Shown one piece after another: positions 20,330-31,000 of a stretch of DNA of 64,000 bases. The translations under genes were made by a program, and so were the position numbers. The DNA lies in NCBI GenBank assembly GCA_963803805.1, contig CAWDOD010000011.1:480001-544000 (forward strand). The letters run 5' to 3'. How positions within the stretch are numbered: position 1 is the stretch's first letter; each line of letters begins with the position of its first letter. Source of the DNA: an uncultured cyanobacterium (GTDB lineage Bacteria > Cyanobacteriota > Cyanobacteriia > Cyanobacteriales > CAWCAG01). The notes beneath the pieces are model-generated. The model was given only the letters and a program-made list of their open reading frames with translations. It was not told the DNA's origin and searched no databases.

Positions 20330-20488
20330 AGTTAAGAAACCTCCTTTCCTATTCTAAACTTTTTATCAAAGATCATCGACAACTGATTCTTAAAAGCAAT
20401 GGCAAGCTACACACGGATAACTAATCATTTATGCCTAACGGCAATGGTGAGCTATACATTGATAATTGAGCTAATTGATCATTAACAA

Positions 20489-22081
20489 TTAATCAACTTC
20501 CAAAGGTCCAATTCCGCGCTGAATGCTGAATTTTTTTAACTCTTCTATTAATTGAGTATCCTGAGAAGCTGTCCTCGCCCCAGCTTCTGCTGCCCAATGT
20601 TTCAAATCTTCAATTTGTTGGCGGGCGATCGCCGCTAAGGGGACGGTTTCGTCAATAGCTTTTAAAATATCTTCAGTATTAAAATCCCGCCTTTGCCCGT
20701 TAATAATACTACCAAAAGCATTGTGCATACCATCAACAATTACTTGTTCAATTTCTGCACCGCTAAAATCTTGAGCTAATTTCGCCAACTTGTTGAGGTC
20801 AAATTCTCGCAAACGGCTAGGGCGTAAAGGTTGTAAGTGAACTCGGAAAATATCTTCTCTTTCTTTTTCTGTGGGTAGATTTAAGAAAAAGATTTCGTCA
20901 AAGCGTCCTTTTCGTAATAATTCTGCGGGTAAAATACGGACATTATTGGCTGTGGCGACAATAAATACCGGGGCTGTCTTTTCTTGCATCCAAGTAATCA
21001 AGCTACCAAATACCCTACGGGTTGTCCCAGAATCTCCATCAATACCGCTAGTTATATTGCCAAAGGCTTTGTCAATTTCATCAATCCACAGCACACAAGG
21101 AGCCATGGCTTCGGAGATAGCAATCATCCGTCGCACACTAGCTTCACTTTGCCCGACGATACCACCAAATAAGCGTCCTGTATCTAAACGTAACAAAGGC
21201 AAACGCCATTCATGGGCAATGGTTTTAGCAGAGAGAGATTTTCCTGTACCTTGAATACCCACAAGCAAAATACCTTTAGGGTTAGGAATACCATAACGCC
21301 TTGCTTCTTCGGTAAAAGCATCTTGGCGCATTCTTACCCATTGTTTGAGGTTTTCTAATCCTCCTACAGATTTGAGGGATTCTTGGGCGTTGTAAAATTC
21401 TAGGATACCCGTTTGCCGCACAGCTTGTTTTTTCTGAGCCAAAACCCCATCAATATCCGACTCATCTACCTGCTGTTTGGCGGCTAATCCTTTGGCTAAA
21501 ACACGGCAAATGCGGGCGCGGCTTAACCCCTGACAAGCTTTGACTAACTGTTCTTTAGCTAATCCAGTCACCTTCAACTTAGCCGGCACAACTAACTGAG
21601 TAATTAAATAATCAATTTCTTTAACATTGGGTAAAGGAAAATCAATTACCGTCGCTTCCTCGCTAAACTCCGCAGGAACTTCTAAAGTATGACTAGTAAG
21701 AATCAAAGTTTTGCGATCGCGCTTTAATTCTTTAGTGAGATTCTTAATTTCCCTTACCACTGGGGCATTACGATCTAAACCAGGATTTTGTAAAATATAG
21801 TGCAGATCCCGCAACACAAAAATAGTTGCTTCCTGGCTAGAAACTTTATTAATGCGCCCCAGGGCAGCCATAACAGAACCCTTATCAGAACCATTATCAC
21901 TCCAACCCCTAACCAAATCCCACAATAGCAGCTTGCGTGGTGGCTGAGATTGGGCAGCGACAGCATCAAGGACTTCTTCTACGGGTTCTTCTTCTACCGC
22001 TACTATATAAATTAAAGGATACCTCGCCCGAATCATCAAATCAATTTCTTCGACTAAGGCTTGATGGGGTTTGGGAGTCAT
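20489..22081 (-). CDS. ycf46: Ycf46-family AAA+ ATPase
   Basis: IRARYPLIYI..EEE N-terminus, VGGLENLKQW, Walker A GIQGTGKS, WIDEIDKAF, LLRKGRFDEIFF. Confidence 0.85.
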   Translation of the reverse strand: MTPKPHQALVEEIDLMIRARYPLIYIVAVEEEPVEEVLDAVAAQSQPPRKLLLWDLVRGWSDNGSDKGSVMAALGRINKVSSQEATIFVLRDLHYILQNPGLDRNAPVVREIKNLTKELKRDRKTLILTSHTLEVPAEFSEEATVIDFPLPNVKEIDYLITQLVVPAKLKVTGLAKEQLVKACQGLSRARICRVLAKGLAAKQQVDESDIDGVLAQKKQAVRQTGILEFYNAQESLKSVGGLENLKQWVRMRQDAFTEEARRYGIPNPKGILLVGIQGTGKSLSAKTIAHEWRLPLLRLDTGRLFGGIVGQSEASVRRMIAISEAMAPCVLWIDEIDKAFGNITSGIDGDSGTTRRVFGSLITWMQEKTAPVFIVATANNVRILPAELLRKGRFDEIFFLNLPTEKEREDIFRVHLQPLRPSRLREFDLNKLAKLAQDFSGAEIEQVIVDGMHNAFGSIINGQRRDFNTEDILKAIDETVPLAAIARQQIEDLKHWAAEAGARTASQDTQLIEELKKFSIQRGIGPLEVD

Positions 22082-22191
22082 CGGTTATCAGTTATCAATG
22101 AACAATAGACTTTATCGGTAATAAGCACGGCTTGCTGTTGCCGTTAGGCATTAGTTACCAGTTTAGTTTAGTTTAATTTAACTTATAAAAA

Positions 22192-23088
22192 TTGTTATTG
22201 ATTATGAAAGCCATCTTGCTTTCTTTGGCTAAACCATTTAGATTTTCTTCCTTCTGGCTTGTGGCTATAGCTGCAATCTTAAACACTATTTATTTGATTG
22301 TAATTTGGAGAATCAAAGATACTTCTCACTTTGGTATGAGTCTTATTTTTGGTATTGCAGTTTGCTCTCTTCTTTGGGAAAAACGTCATCACTTCAAAAG
22401 AGAAACAACCGTTATTCCTGGTTTTTTCGGAGGATTACTGATTGCTTTAATCTTCTGGAGAAGTATCGCCATAATAAATATGAGCTTTCTACCTTCTTTC
22501 CCTCAATACCTTTTACCGCTTTTACCGCTACGACTGATACCTTTTATCACTTGTCTGGCAATTGTTTTACTTACTTCTGGTTTCAGAGGTTTGAAACAAT
22601 ACTGGCAAGAACTAATTATCTTTTTCACTTTGGGAATTAAAGTATTAATTTATCCTTTTGTAGATCCTTCTCCTATTGTTGCTAAGTTTTCTTCTTTACT
22701 CCTTATCTATTTAGGATTTGATGTATCAATCCAAGGAGAAAAAATAATTCTCCCGACAGGAGGTATAACAGTACTACAAGACTGCTCTGGCTTGGAAAGT
22801 ATGCTTTATCTTTTTGGCTTAGCTATAATCTTTCTCTTCATGTTTCCTTTGGCCAATTGGCGTAAAAGAATCCTGGTTTTAATAGCTGCTATCCTGTTAG
22901 GATTTGCTATTAACGGAGTCAGGGTTGCTTTCTTAGCTGCTTTAGTTGCTTCCCATCATCAAAAAGCTTTTACTTACTGGCATATAGAAGGTGGTTCTTT
23001 GATTTTTGGAGGGATTTCTGTATTAGCATTTGGCGTATTCTGTTTAGTTTTACTCCAGCAAGAAACCTTGGGAGAAGGTAATAGGTAA
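22192..23088 (+). CDS. crtA: Cyanoexosortase A (PEP-CTERM sorting enzyme)
   Basis: Multi-TM protein with exosortase catalytic motifs DCSG, INGVRV and YWH. The N-terminal SLLWEKRH pattern fits cyanoexosortase A. True start may be the ATG at 22204. Confidence 0.75.
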   Translation: MLLIMKAILLSLAKPFRFSSFWLVAIAAILNTIYLIVIWRIKDTSHFGMSLIFGIAVCSLLWEKRHHFKRETTVIPGFFGGLLIALIFWRSIAIINMSFLPSFPQYLLPLLPLRLIPFITCLAIVLLTSGFRGLKQYWQELIIFFTLGIKVLIYPFVDPSPIVAKFSSLLLIYLGFDVSIQGEKIILPTGGITVLQDCSGLESMLYLFGLAIIFLFMFPLANWRKRILVLIAAILLGFAINGVRVAFLAALVASHHQKAFTYWHIEGGSLIFGGISVLAFGVFCLVLLQQETLGEGNR

Positions 23089-23145
23089 GCAATCAAAATC
23101 ACCCTCTATTTCTATGTCTTTTGCGTAAGTCCTGTTAATATTTTA

Positions 23146-23207
23146 GTCAGGAGGGGCTTGTTAAGATTTTTGATGAGTAAATCAACTTTAGTAAAACCCG
23201 TCCCTAC
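23146..23207 (-). repeat. GTAG-type REP-like palindrome
   Basis: The minus strand reads GTAGGGACGGGTTTT...ACAAGCCCCTCCTGAC, an imperfect inverted repeat. Confidence 0.55.
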
Positions 23208-23244
23208 CTTACCCAACTTTTAATTAACGCTGCTTCCTTTTCCA

Positions 23245-24795
23245 ATGAACCTAACAGAAGAAATACTTTCTCAACAACCCGATAATATTCTCCAACGTTT
23301 GCGAGGGGCAGATGGGGTTTGGCAAAGTTTAAAGGAGGGTAATACTACTATTCCTCAAGTTGTGGTAGAAAGTGATGAATTTTTGGCAGAGGTGGATTGG
23401 GATGTGGTTATTTGTGGGGGAACTTTGGGAATTTTTATTGCTGCTGCCTTGCAAAAACAGGGTTGGCGAGTGGCGGTAATTGAACGAGAAATTTTGCGAG
23501 GTAGGGATCAGGAGTGGAATATTTCTCGCCAGGAATTGGATGTTTTTCTAGAGTTAGATTTGCTTTCTCAAGCAGAATTGGTGGAGGCGATCGCTACAGA
23601 ATATAATCCGGCACGGGTAAGTTTTTTTGAAGGGGCGGAAGTTTGGGTAGAAGATGTTCTTAATATTGGTGTTGATCCTGTCTTTCTTTTAGCAACATTA
23701 AAAGAAAAATTTCTTAGTTTGGGGGGCAAGTTATGGGAAAAAACTCCTTTTACCAAAGCTACGGTTCATCCTGATGGTGTGTTAATTGAAGCAGGGGAAG
23801 TTAAGTTTAAAACCCGCTTACTAATTGATGGTATGGGTAACTTTTCTCCTATTGCTAAACAAGCTAGAAAAGGAGAGAAACCCGAAGGAGTATGTTTGGT
23901 GGTGGGGAGTTGTGCTAAGGGTTATCCGGACAATAAAACTGGGGATTTGATTGTTTCTTTCACTCCCATTACTAATCAATGTCAATATTTTTGGGAAGCT
24001 TTTCCAGCTAGGGATGGGAGAACAACTTATTTATTTACCTATTTAGATGCTCATCCCCAACGTTTTAGCTTAGAGTTTCTCATGGATGAGTACTTGCGGC
24101 TTTTACCAGCATATCAGGGGGTAGAACTGTCGCAATTACAATTTGAACGTTTTCTATTTGGTTTCTTTCCTGCCTACCGTCAAAGCCCTTTACGGCTACC
24201 CTGGAGTCGTATTCTCCCTATTGGTGATAGTAGTGGTTCCCAATCTCCAGTAAGTTTTGGCGGTTTTGGTTCAATGATTCGCCATCTTAAGCGGTTGAGT
24301 TGTGGGATTAATGAAGCTTTGCAAGAAGAACAATTGAGTAATAAATCCTTGGTTTTATTGCAACCTTACCAACCAAATATAGCGGTTACGTGGTTATTTC
24401 AACGTACCATGAGTGTGGGAATTGAGCAGAATTTAGCCCCGAATCAAATTAACCAATTATTGAGTGGTGTATTTGAGAATATGGATAAGTTAGGGGATGA
24501 AGTGTTGCGCCCTTTTTTACAGGATGTTGTACAGTTTTCTGCCCTTTCTCAAACTCTATTGTTAACCTCTTTAACTAAACCAGGTTTAGTCGTTCCGGTA
24601 ATTCCCCAAGCGGGAATAATGACTCTTTTAGATTGGTTAATTCATTATTTTAATTTAGGGATTTACCGCTTTTTATATTCTTTTAGTAAAGTATTAATAC
24701 CACTAACTAAAAATTTAAGTTCCCAGCAACAATATTATTGGCATCGTTATATTGATAGTTGGTTTTATGGTTCGGGACAAGATTATGAAGGATAG
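23245..24795 (+). CDS. cruP: FAD-dependent oxidoreductase, CruA/CruP lycopene cyclase family (CruP-like)
   Basis: DVVICGGTLG, GRDQEWNISR, QYFWEAFP, GDSSGSQSPVSFGGFG, YGSGQDY C-terminus; 516 aa. Confidence 0.7.
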   Translation: MNLTEEILSQQPDNILQRLRGADGVWQSLKEGNTTIPQVVVESDEFLAEVDWDVVICGGTLGIFIAAALQKQGWRVAVIEREILRGRDQEWNISRQELDVFLELDLLSQAELVEAIATEYNPARVSFFEGAEVWVEDVLNIGVDPVFLLATLKEKFLSLGGKLWEKTPFTKATVHPDGVLIEAGEVKFKTRLLIDGMGNFSPIAKQARKGEKPEGVCLVVGSCAKGYPDNKTGDLIVSFTPITNQCQYFWEAFPARDGRTTYLFTYLDAHPQRFSLEFLMDEYLRLLPAYQGVELSQLQFERFLFGFFPAYRQSPLRLPWSRILPIGDSSGSQSPVSFGGFGSMIRHLKRLSCGINEALQEEQLSNKSLVLLQPYQPNIAVTWLFQRTMSVGIEQNLAPNQINQLLSGVFENMDKLGDEVLRPFLQDVVQFSALSQTLLLTSLTKPGLVVPVIPQAGIMTLLDWLIHYFNLGIYRFLYSFSKVLIPLTKNLSSQQQYYWHRYIDSWFYGSGQDYEG

Positions 24796-24863
24796 GTTTT
24801 TAAGGCAGAACAAAAAATATTAATACAATCACGAACCTTATTCGCAACCTAGCTAAAAACTAT

Positions 24864-26063
24864 ATGCAAGAGATTATTACAATTGAAGGGGGTTTAGGGC
24901 CAATTCAGGCTTCATCCTCTCCCCTAAGTTTAGAAATTTCACCTTTAACAGTATTTATTGGGCCGCAAGGAACAGGCAAATCTCTTGTTAGCCAACTTTT
25001 ATATTTTTTTCGTAACACTAAATACTTATTTTATAACTATTTTAACCAAGAAGAGCCACAAAAAACGGTAAGAGAAGTTTTAGACGGTATTCGTGCAGGG
25101 GAACTGACAAATAGAGCTTTAGCTTCATTTTTGACTACTGATAGAGTATCTGTTCAATACCAAAGAGAACAAATTGAGCGTCAAACTAATTTTTACAAAA
25201 TTAATCGTCAAATTAACGCTGGAGGTTCATTTAGAAATGAAGTAGATCAATGGAGTAGAGAGTTAGCTGAAAATCCTTTACTTGCCGGTAAAATAACTCC
25301 TAATGCCCTATTTATTCCTGCAGAACGTACTTTTTTCTCTCGATTTATTAATGCCGAGCCAACAATTTTTGGTAACGCTTCTTTAGCTATAACTATGCAA
25401 GAGTTTGCTAAAATACTTTTAAGTAAAGTAGCAGAAATCCACATTTTATGGGAGAATGATCCAGAACAAAAACCTCCTCAAGCTCAAGAGATTGATAACT
25501 TAATTACAGCTTCTTTAGGGGGAAGGGTGGCATCAGCTAGAAGAGGCCCCTATGCCCGTAAATGGCAGTGGATACCCAAAAACAGTGAACAAGAATTAGA
25601 GATAGAAATGGCTTCTTCTGGTCAAATGGGAAGTTGGCCTTTAATTGCAACTGCACAGGCTTTATTTGCTTGGCCTAAATTAGAAAGACCTTTATTTATA
25701 CATATAGAAGAACCAGAAACCCATCTCCATCCTGCGGCTCAAGTTGCCATTGTTAAAGTTATCGCCTATTTGGTAAATCAAGGTTTTCATTTAGTAGTGA
25801 CCACTCACTCAATTGTAGTACTATATTTGCTCAATAATTTAACTTTGGCTGAGCAACAATTGGGAAATAAAGCAGTAGAAAATTTCCCTGAGACTCAAGC
25901 AAGAATCTCTCCTAAAAATATCTCTGCTTACCTTTTTAATAATGGTGAAGTAAGTAATATAGTTGACAATTCAGGACAAATAGATGAAGGATTATTGAGT
26001 AGTGTACTTGGAGATTTAGAAGTGGAATTTAATCACTTACAAACTTATGGACTTTGGGAATAA
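24864..26063 (+). CDS. ABC-type ATPase (AAA_15/AAA_21-like)
   Basis: Walker A GPQGTGKS, FIPAER, signature ASSGQ, Walker B IEEPETHLHP, VTTHS. No TM segments. Confidence 0.85.
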   Translation: MQEIITIEGGLGPIQASSSPLSLEISPLTVFIGPQGTGKSLVSQLLYFFRNTKYLFYNYFNQEEPQKTVREVLDGIRAGELTNRALASFLTTDRVSVQYQREQIERQTNFYKINRQINAGGSFRNEVDQWSRELAENPLLAGKITPNALFIPAERTFFSRFINAEPTIFGNASLAITMQEFAKILLSKVAEIHILWENDPEQKPPQAQEIDNLITASLGGRVASARRGPYARKWQWIPKNSEQELEIEMASSGQMGSWPLIATAQALFAWPKLERPLFIHIEEPETHLHPAAQVAIVKVIAYLVNQGFHLVVTTHSIVVLYLLNNLTLAEQQLGNKAVENFPETQARISPKNISAYLFNNGEVSNIVDNSGQIDEGLLSSVLGDLEVEFNHLQTYGLWE

Positions 26064-26069
26064 CTAAAA

Positions 26070-26700
26070 GTGAGAAGAAGGTCTTTAGGAAAAAACAAGT
26101 CTTTACCTTGCACAGGATCTGAACTTCCTAAAGGATTTAATTCTGTTTTTTGTACCGCTTCAGCAACTTGCTTAGATGATTGCTGTTTGCTACTACAGAT
26201 AGAGGATGAAGTGATATTATATGACCAACCAAATAAAGCTTACTATTGGGTAATATTGCAAGCAGATGAAATTCAGTTAGTAGCCTGTAATTTAGAAGGA
26301 TATGCAGATTTAGCTGCTAAAAGTAATCATTGGCAAGGTAGACGCGCTGACTACTTGATTGCAGGTTGGTACGGGGGGAATTGTTATCAATAATGAAAAA
26401 CAAGCTGAGGATAAATTGGCACAACTTGAGGAAAGTATAGATCAGGTTATGTATCAGCTTAATAGTCACATTGATAATTCTTCTCTATTCACAGAAGCTT
26501 GTGATAAACCTAATCAATATAGAGTAATTGGTGTGGTAATAGCCCCTGCTGGCATACGTGGTATATCAAGAAATAAGTATAGTAAAAGAATTAGGAAAGA
26601 TAACTACAACGCCTTCCTGACGATGATGCCTCCTGAACGTTTGAAAGAGTGCCAAATTACTTGGGGCCAATTATTAAGAAGTATTGTCGAGGATAATTAA
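26070..26700 (+). pseudogene. Partner of the ATPase, nuclease-like, split into two overlapping frames
   Basis: ORF1 ends RRADYLIAGWYGGNCYQ*. The +1 frame continues EKQAEDKLAQLEESI. The junction is at or next to a G6 run (26373-26378). Confidence 0.55.
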
Positions 26701-26800
26701 CTTTAATCAAGTGTTAGCATGGTAGGGATTTTTACCAGCTTTTTAGTTTCAATATGCTTCTACCGTCGTTGAAACCTGTAGCATAAAGGAAACTTGCTTA

Positions 26801-27742
26801 ATGACTTGGAAAAGAATTTTTTTAACCTTCACTATTTTAGGGGCAGTACTTTGTACTTTATTTTCCTTAGCAGGTTATTTAGGAGGGTTTGAACGCTGGT
26901 TAGAATTAACAGTTCATTTTCGCTTCCAGTATTTGATTTTAAGCGTAATCTTGCTAATTATACTGGCTATTTTTCGTCAAGGAAAGTGGTGTTTACTGTG
27001 TTTATTTTGTATCAGTCTTAATGCAGTAGAGGTTGTACCTTGGTACATGAATAATTCAAAAGTGAATACGTCTCAATCTGGAGAGACTATTAAGGTGATA
27101 CAAAGTAATATTTTGAGTAGTAATCAGAATTATGCTGAATTTATTAACTTAGTTAAAGCAGAAAAGCCTCAGATATTAGTAGTTCAAGAATTAAATGAAC
27201 CTTGGGCAAAAGAATTAGAAAGTATTAACAATATTTTACCCCATAGTTTTGTTCTGCCCCAAGAAAACAATTTTGGTATGGGAATTTATAGCAGCTTTCC
27301 TTTAGAAAATCAGTCAACAAAGTGGCTAACCGCCCAGATTCCAGAATTAATTGCTGATATAGAAGTTGCCGGGAAAACAATTAACTTAACCGCTATTCAT
27401 CCTGTACCACCGATTAATGAGTCTTACTTTTACTTACGTAACCAACAGCTAGAAGAAACTAGTAAATATCTTCAACAAAGTAATGTGGAAAAAATTGTTT
27501 TAGGAGACTTAAATTTAACGATGTGGTCGCCTATTTATCGCAGCTTTGTTCGTACTACAGGTTTGGTAAATGCTCGTTTAGGATTTGGTGTCTTACCAAC
27601 TTGGCCAACTAATATTTTACCCCTACGGATTCCTTTAGACCATTGTTTGGTTAGTCCAGAAATAACGGTTGCTAATATAAAAGTTGGTGCAAATATTGGC
27701 TCAGATCATTTGCCTTTAATAGCTGAATTAGTAATATATTAA
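26801..27742 (+). CDS. Membrane-anchored endonuclease/exonuclease/phosphatase (EEP) family protein
   Basis: 3 N-terminal TM, VVQE, HPVPP, GDLN.TMWS, PTWP, LDHCLV, GSDH. Confidence 0.88.
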   Translation: MTWKRIFLTFTILGAVLCTLFSLAGYLGGFERWLELTVHFRFQYLILSVILLIILAIFRQGKWCLLCLFCISLNAVEVVPWYMNNSKVNTSQSGETIKVIQSNILSSNQNYAEFINLVKAEKPQILVVQELNEPWAKELESINNILPHSFVLPQENNFGMGIYSSFPLENQSTKWLTAQIPELIADIEVAGKTINLTAIHPVPPINESYFYLRNQQLEETSKYLQQSNVEKIVLGDLNLTMWSPIYRSFVRTTGLVNARLGFGVLPTWPTNILPLRIPLDHCLVSPEITVANIKVGANIGSDHLPLIAELVIY

Positions 27743-27762
27743 CTAATCAGGAAACGGCATTT

Positions 27763-27965
27763 GTAAGTTGGGTTAGGGATCAGCGTAACCCAAAAGCTAG
27801 TAATATTAAAGGTTAGCTATAGATGATAGTTTTTTTGTTAAACCAGGTATATCAAGGTTTATAGTAAATACAAATCACAAAACCTAATATTTCTTTTGTT
27901 GGGTTACCGCAAGACAGAGTTGTTGTGTATTTCGCTTTGATATCTTTACGCTTAACCCAACCTAC
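27763..27965. repeat. Inverted pair of GTAG-type REP palindromes (REPIN-like)
   Basis: Left arm GTAAGTTGGGTTA-GGGATCAGCG-TAACCCAA at 27763-27793. Right arm GTTGGGTTA...TAACCCAACCTAC at 27898-27965, which reads GTAGGTTGGGTTA on the minus strand. Confidence 0.7.
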
Positions 27966-28045
27966 TTAATGCTAAAGTTAGTAAAAATGTTGGCTTCAAA
28001 AAGCTTATTAGCCATTCGCCATGAACAGTCAGCCAAAGTGCCAAT

Positions 28046-31000
28046 ATGTTAAATCAGTCCCTTGAGCAGCGTTTTAGTTTTTCTGCTTGGAAAATACGCA
28101 GACTTACCCGTTTGCTTATTTTAGCAGTTTCAATTTTAGCTCTCAATATTCAAGTAATTACTTTAGCTAGTTCTTTATTTTTAAACAAAGTTGGCTCAGA
28201 AAAATTACCTTTATTTTTTATCTTAATTGGTTTAGTTTCTGTCCCCGCCTATGCTTTATTTTCTCCTTTAGTAGACCGTTATAGCCGTCCTCAACTTTTT
28301 CGCTATGTCCTTTTCATCGGCATAGTAGTCATTTTACTAATGCGCCTAGCAATTAATTCAGGTAGCTTAGTAATTTATTATCTCCTGTTCATCTTTGCCA
28401 GTTTTTCCTGGGATTCTCAAGTAAATATTCTTTGGCCTAGCTTACTTAATGATTATCTTACTTCCTTAGAATATAAACGCTACACTTCCTTAATTGGTAT
28501 GGCTCAAGCGGTAGGCATCCTACTAGGAGGTGCATTAGTTAGTGTTATTTCTGCCTATCTTCCGACTAGAAATATCCTCATTGCCCTGCCTTTAATGTAT
28601 GGGTTGGTTATTCTACAATTATTCCTTTTGGAAAGGTCAGAAAGGCGTTTAGAAAGCAATACCAAAGAAGAATCCGTAGGCATTTGGCAGACTTTGAAAA
28701 CTTTTCCTGAACAAGTTAAAAACTACCAAATTATTTTCTTTCTTGCTGCTAGTAGTTTTTTAGTGGTTATTTTAATTGTTATTGCTGAGTATGAATGTTT
28801 TAGTGTCTATTCCCAAACCTTCACCGATGACCAAGAATTAACTCGTTTCTTAGGTTTATTGAGGGTGGTTTATAGTGTTGTGCAACTCTTCGTCCTCTAC
28901 GGTTTCACCCAGCCTCTATTACAAAGATTGGGGGTAGGAACAATGAGTTTAGTTTATCCCATCACTACCTTAATTAGCTTCATTTCCTTGGGGTTAAACT
29001 TTTCTCTTCCTGCGGCGATCGCAACTAGTGTTAACAGCGAATCTTTAAATAAAAGTATTAACCTACCTGTTCATAACCTCAACTATAACGCCGTCCCCTA
29101 TCAAATAATTGGTAGAGTTAGGGCTTTTAGCGATGGCTTTCTCTATGCTTTAGGACAAATTTCTGCCGGAGTATTACTTTGGGCTGCCCATTCCTTCTTA
29201 ACCTTGGTACAAATTACTTGGTTAGGTATTGCCCTCAGCCTCCTGTTTTTCCTCCTGCGTTATCCCATGGGGAAAAAGTACTTTGAATCTTTAGAAGGAA
29301 TGCTTCGTTCTGGTTCTGTTAATCTAGATGATATTAGTGAAGGTTTAACGCAACTTCCCCCTCAATCAAGTTCTGTCATTAAAGAATTAATTACCAGCGA
29401 AGAACGTTATACAAAAATTAAAGGGTTGGAATTAGCCATAGGTTTAGGGCAACCTAGCCAATTCTTAGAAGATGTGGAAGAATTATTTCCTAATGCCCAT
29501 CCAGATGTGCGAGATGCTAGCGTTAAACTACTCAGCAGCAACCCCGACACAGAAACAATTAATCGTTGTCAAGAACTATTAAAAGCCCAAAATCATTCCT
29601 TAAAAGCATTAGGTTTAGAAGTCCTCATCGCCAGTCAACATCATCTTGATGAAGAACAAATACGCAGTTGCCTGAAAGATAATAGCCAAGAAATTCGTGC
29701 CTTAGCCTCCGTCGCCGCCACTCAAACTGAGGCGATCACCAATCCAGAAATTAAACAAACCTGTGCCAAATTATGGCAATCTGAATTAGATCAAACCACT
29801 GGAAAAGCCATCGTTAGGGTAGTTGCTTTTGGAGGTGGTAGAGAGTTAATTCATCCCCTCAAAGAAATTCTTTTACGGGGTAGTGGGGAGGTGATTAGGA
29901 AAGGATTAGAAGCTTTAGCCAACATCGCCCGTCCCCAGGATGAAGAATTGGCACAAATAGCCGTAACCCAATTAAACCATCCTGATCCCACCGTTAGAGC
30001 CACCGCCTTTGAAGTCTTAAGAATAGCCCGTAGTGAAGAAATGTTGAACTATGTGGTTAATGGCTTAGAAGATCATGACTCCCAAGTGCGACAAAAAGCG
30101 GCTATGGCACTGGCGGCATATGGTGAACAGGGTTTATCCTTAGCTAAGGAAAGTCTCCTCTCTGCTAACCAAAATCTCGTAGAAGCGGCGATCGCCGCCA
30201 TAGGTCAAATTCGTATTAGAAAGGCTAGCGACATCCTCTACGACTATCTCAGCCCCGACTTCCAAGAAATTTCCCATACCCGTCAGTGGCAACAAAAAAT
30301 CCCCCTCCATACCCCAAGCTGGCAACCATTAGCCATTGCCATCGCCGACTATCACCAGCGCTTAATTCAACGGGTACTCTACGTCCTTTCCTGCTTAGGA
30401 CACGCCCGCACCGTTAATACTGTCAAACGCCTACTTTATAGCACCGATAAAAGGGAATTAGCCAACGCTATAGAAACCTTAGCCTCTTTAAGAGATCGAC
30501 GTTTTGTACTCCCTTTAATGCCTATTTTAGAGGGTTTAGCCAACGAAGAAGCCCCAGGAACACCTATTTCAGCCAACTCTTTTTGGATGCGGACAAAAGG
30601 TTATAAGCTACTCTTAGAAGCCCTCGAAGCCAAAGATCGCTGGATCAGGATCGGGGCTTTAATTGCCTTAGCGGGGCTTTCTTCTGCTTTAAGCAAAGAT
30701 CCAGATCCCTTAGTTAAAGCAGTTGCTAAAGAGATTTTTCGTCCTTTAGATGAACAACCAGCTTCCCTGAACTTTTTTATGAAACGCTTACTTTTACTAA
30801 AAAAGGTTGCACTTTTTAAAAACCTCTCTTTAGATGAGCTATTATTAATCGACCGTGCCTTAGAACAAGAGCAATTCTTAGCCGGAGAAACCATCTTCAC
30901 CGAAGGCAGTTGGGGAGAACATTTTTATATTATTGCTGAAGGGAAAGTACGTATTGTTAAAAAGGTGGAAGAAGAAGAAAGGGATCTGACTTTTTTAATT

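Noticed and set aside
24864-27742. Absence of HIP1 as proof of horizontal transfer
   Set aside because: At roughly one site per 2 kb, gaps of this size also occur over ordinary genes in the window.
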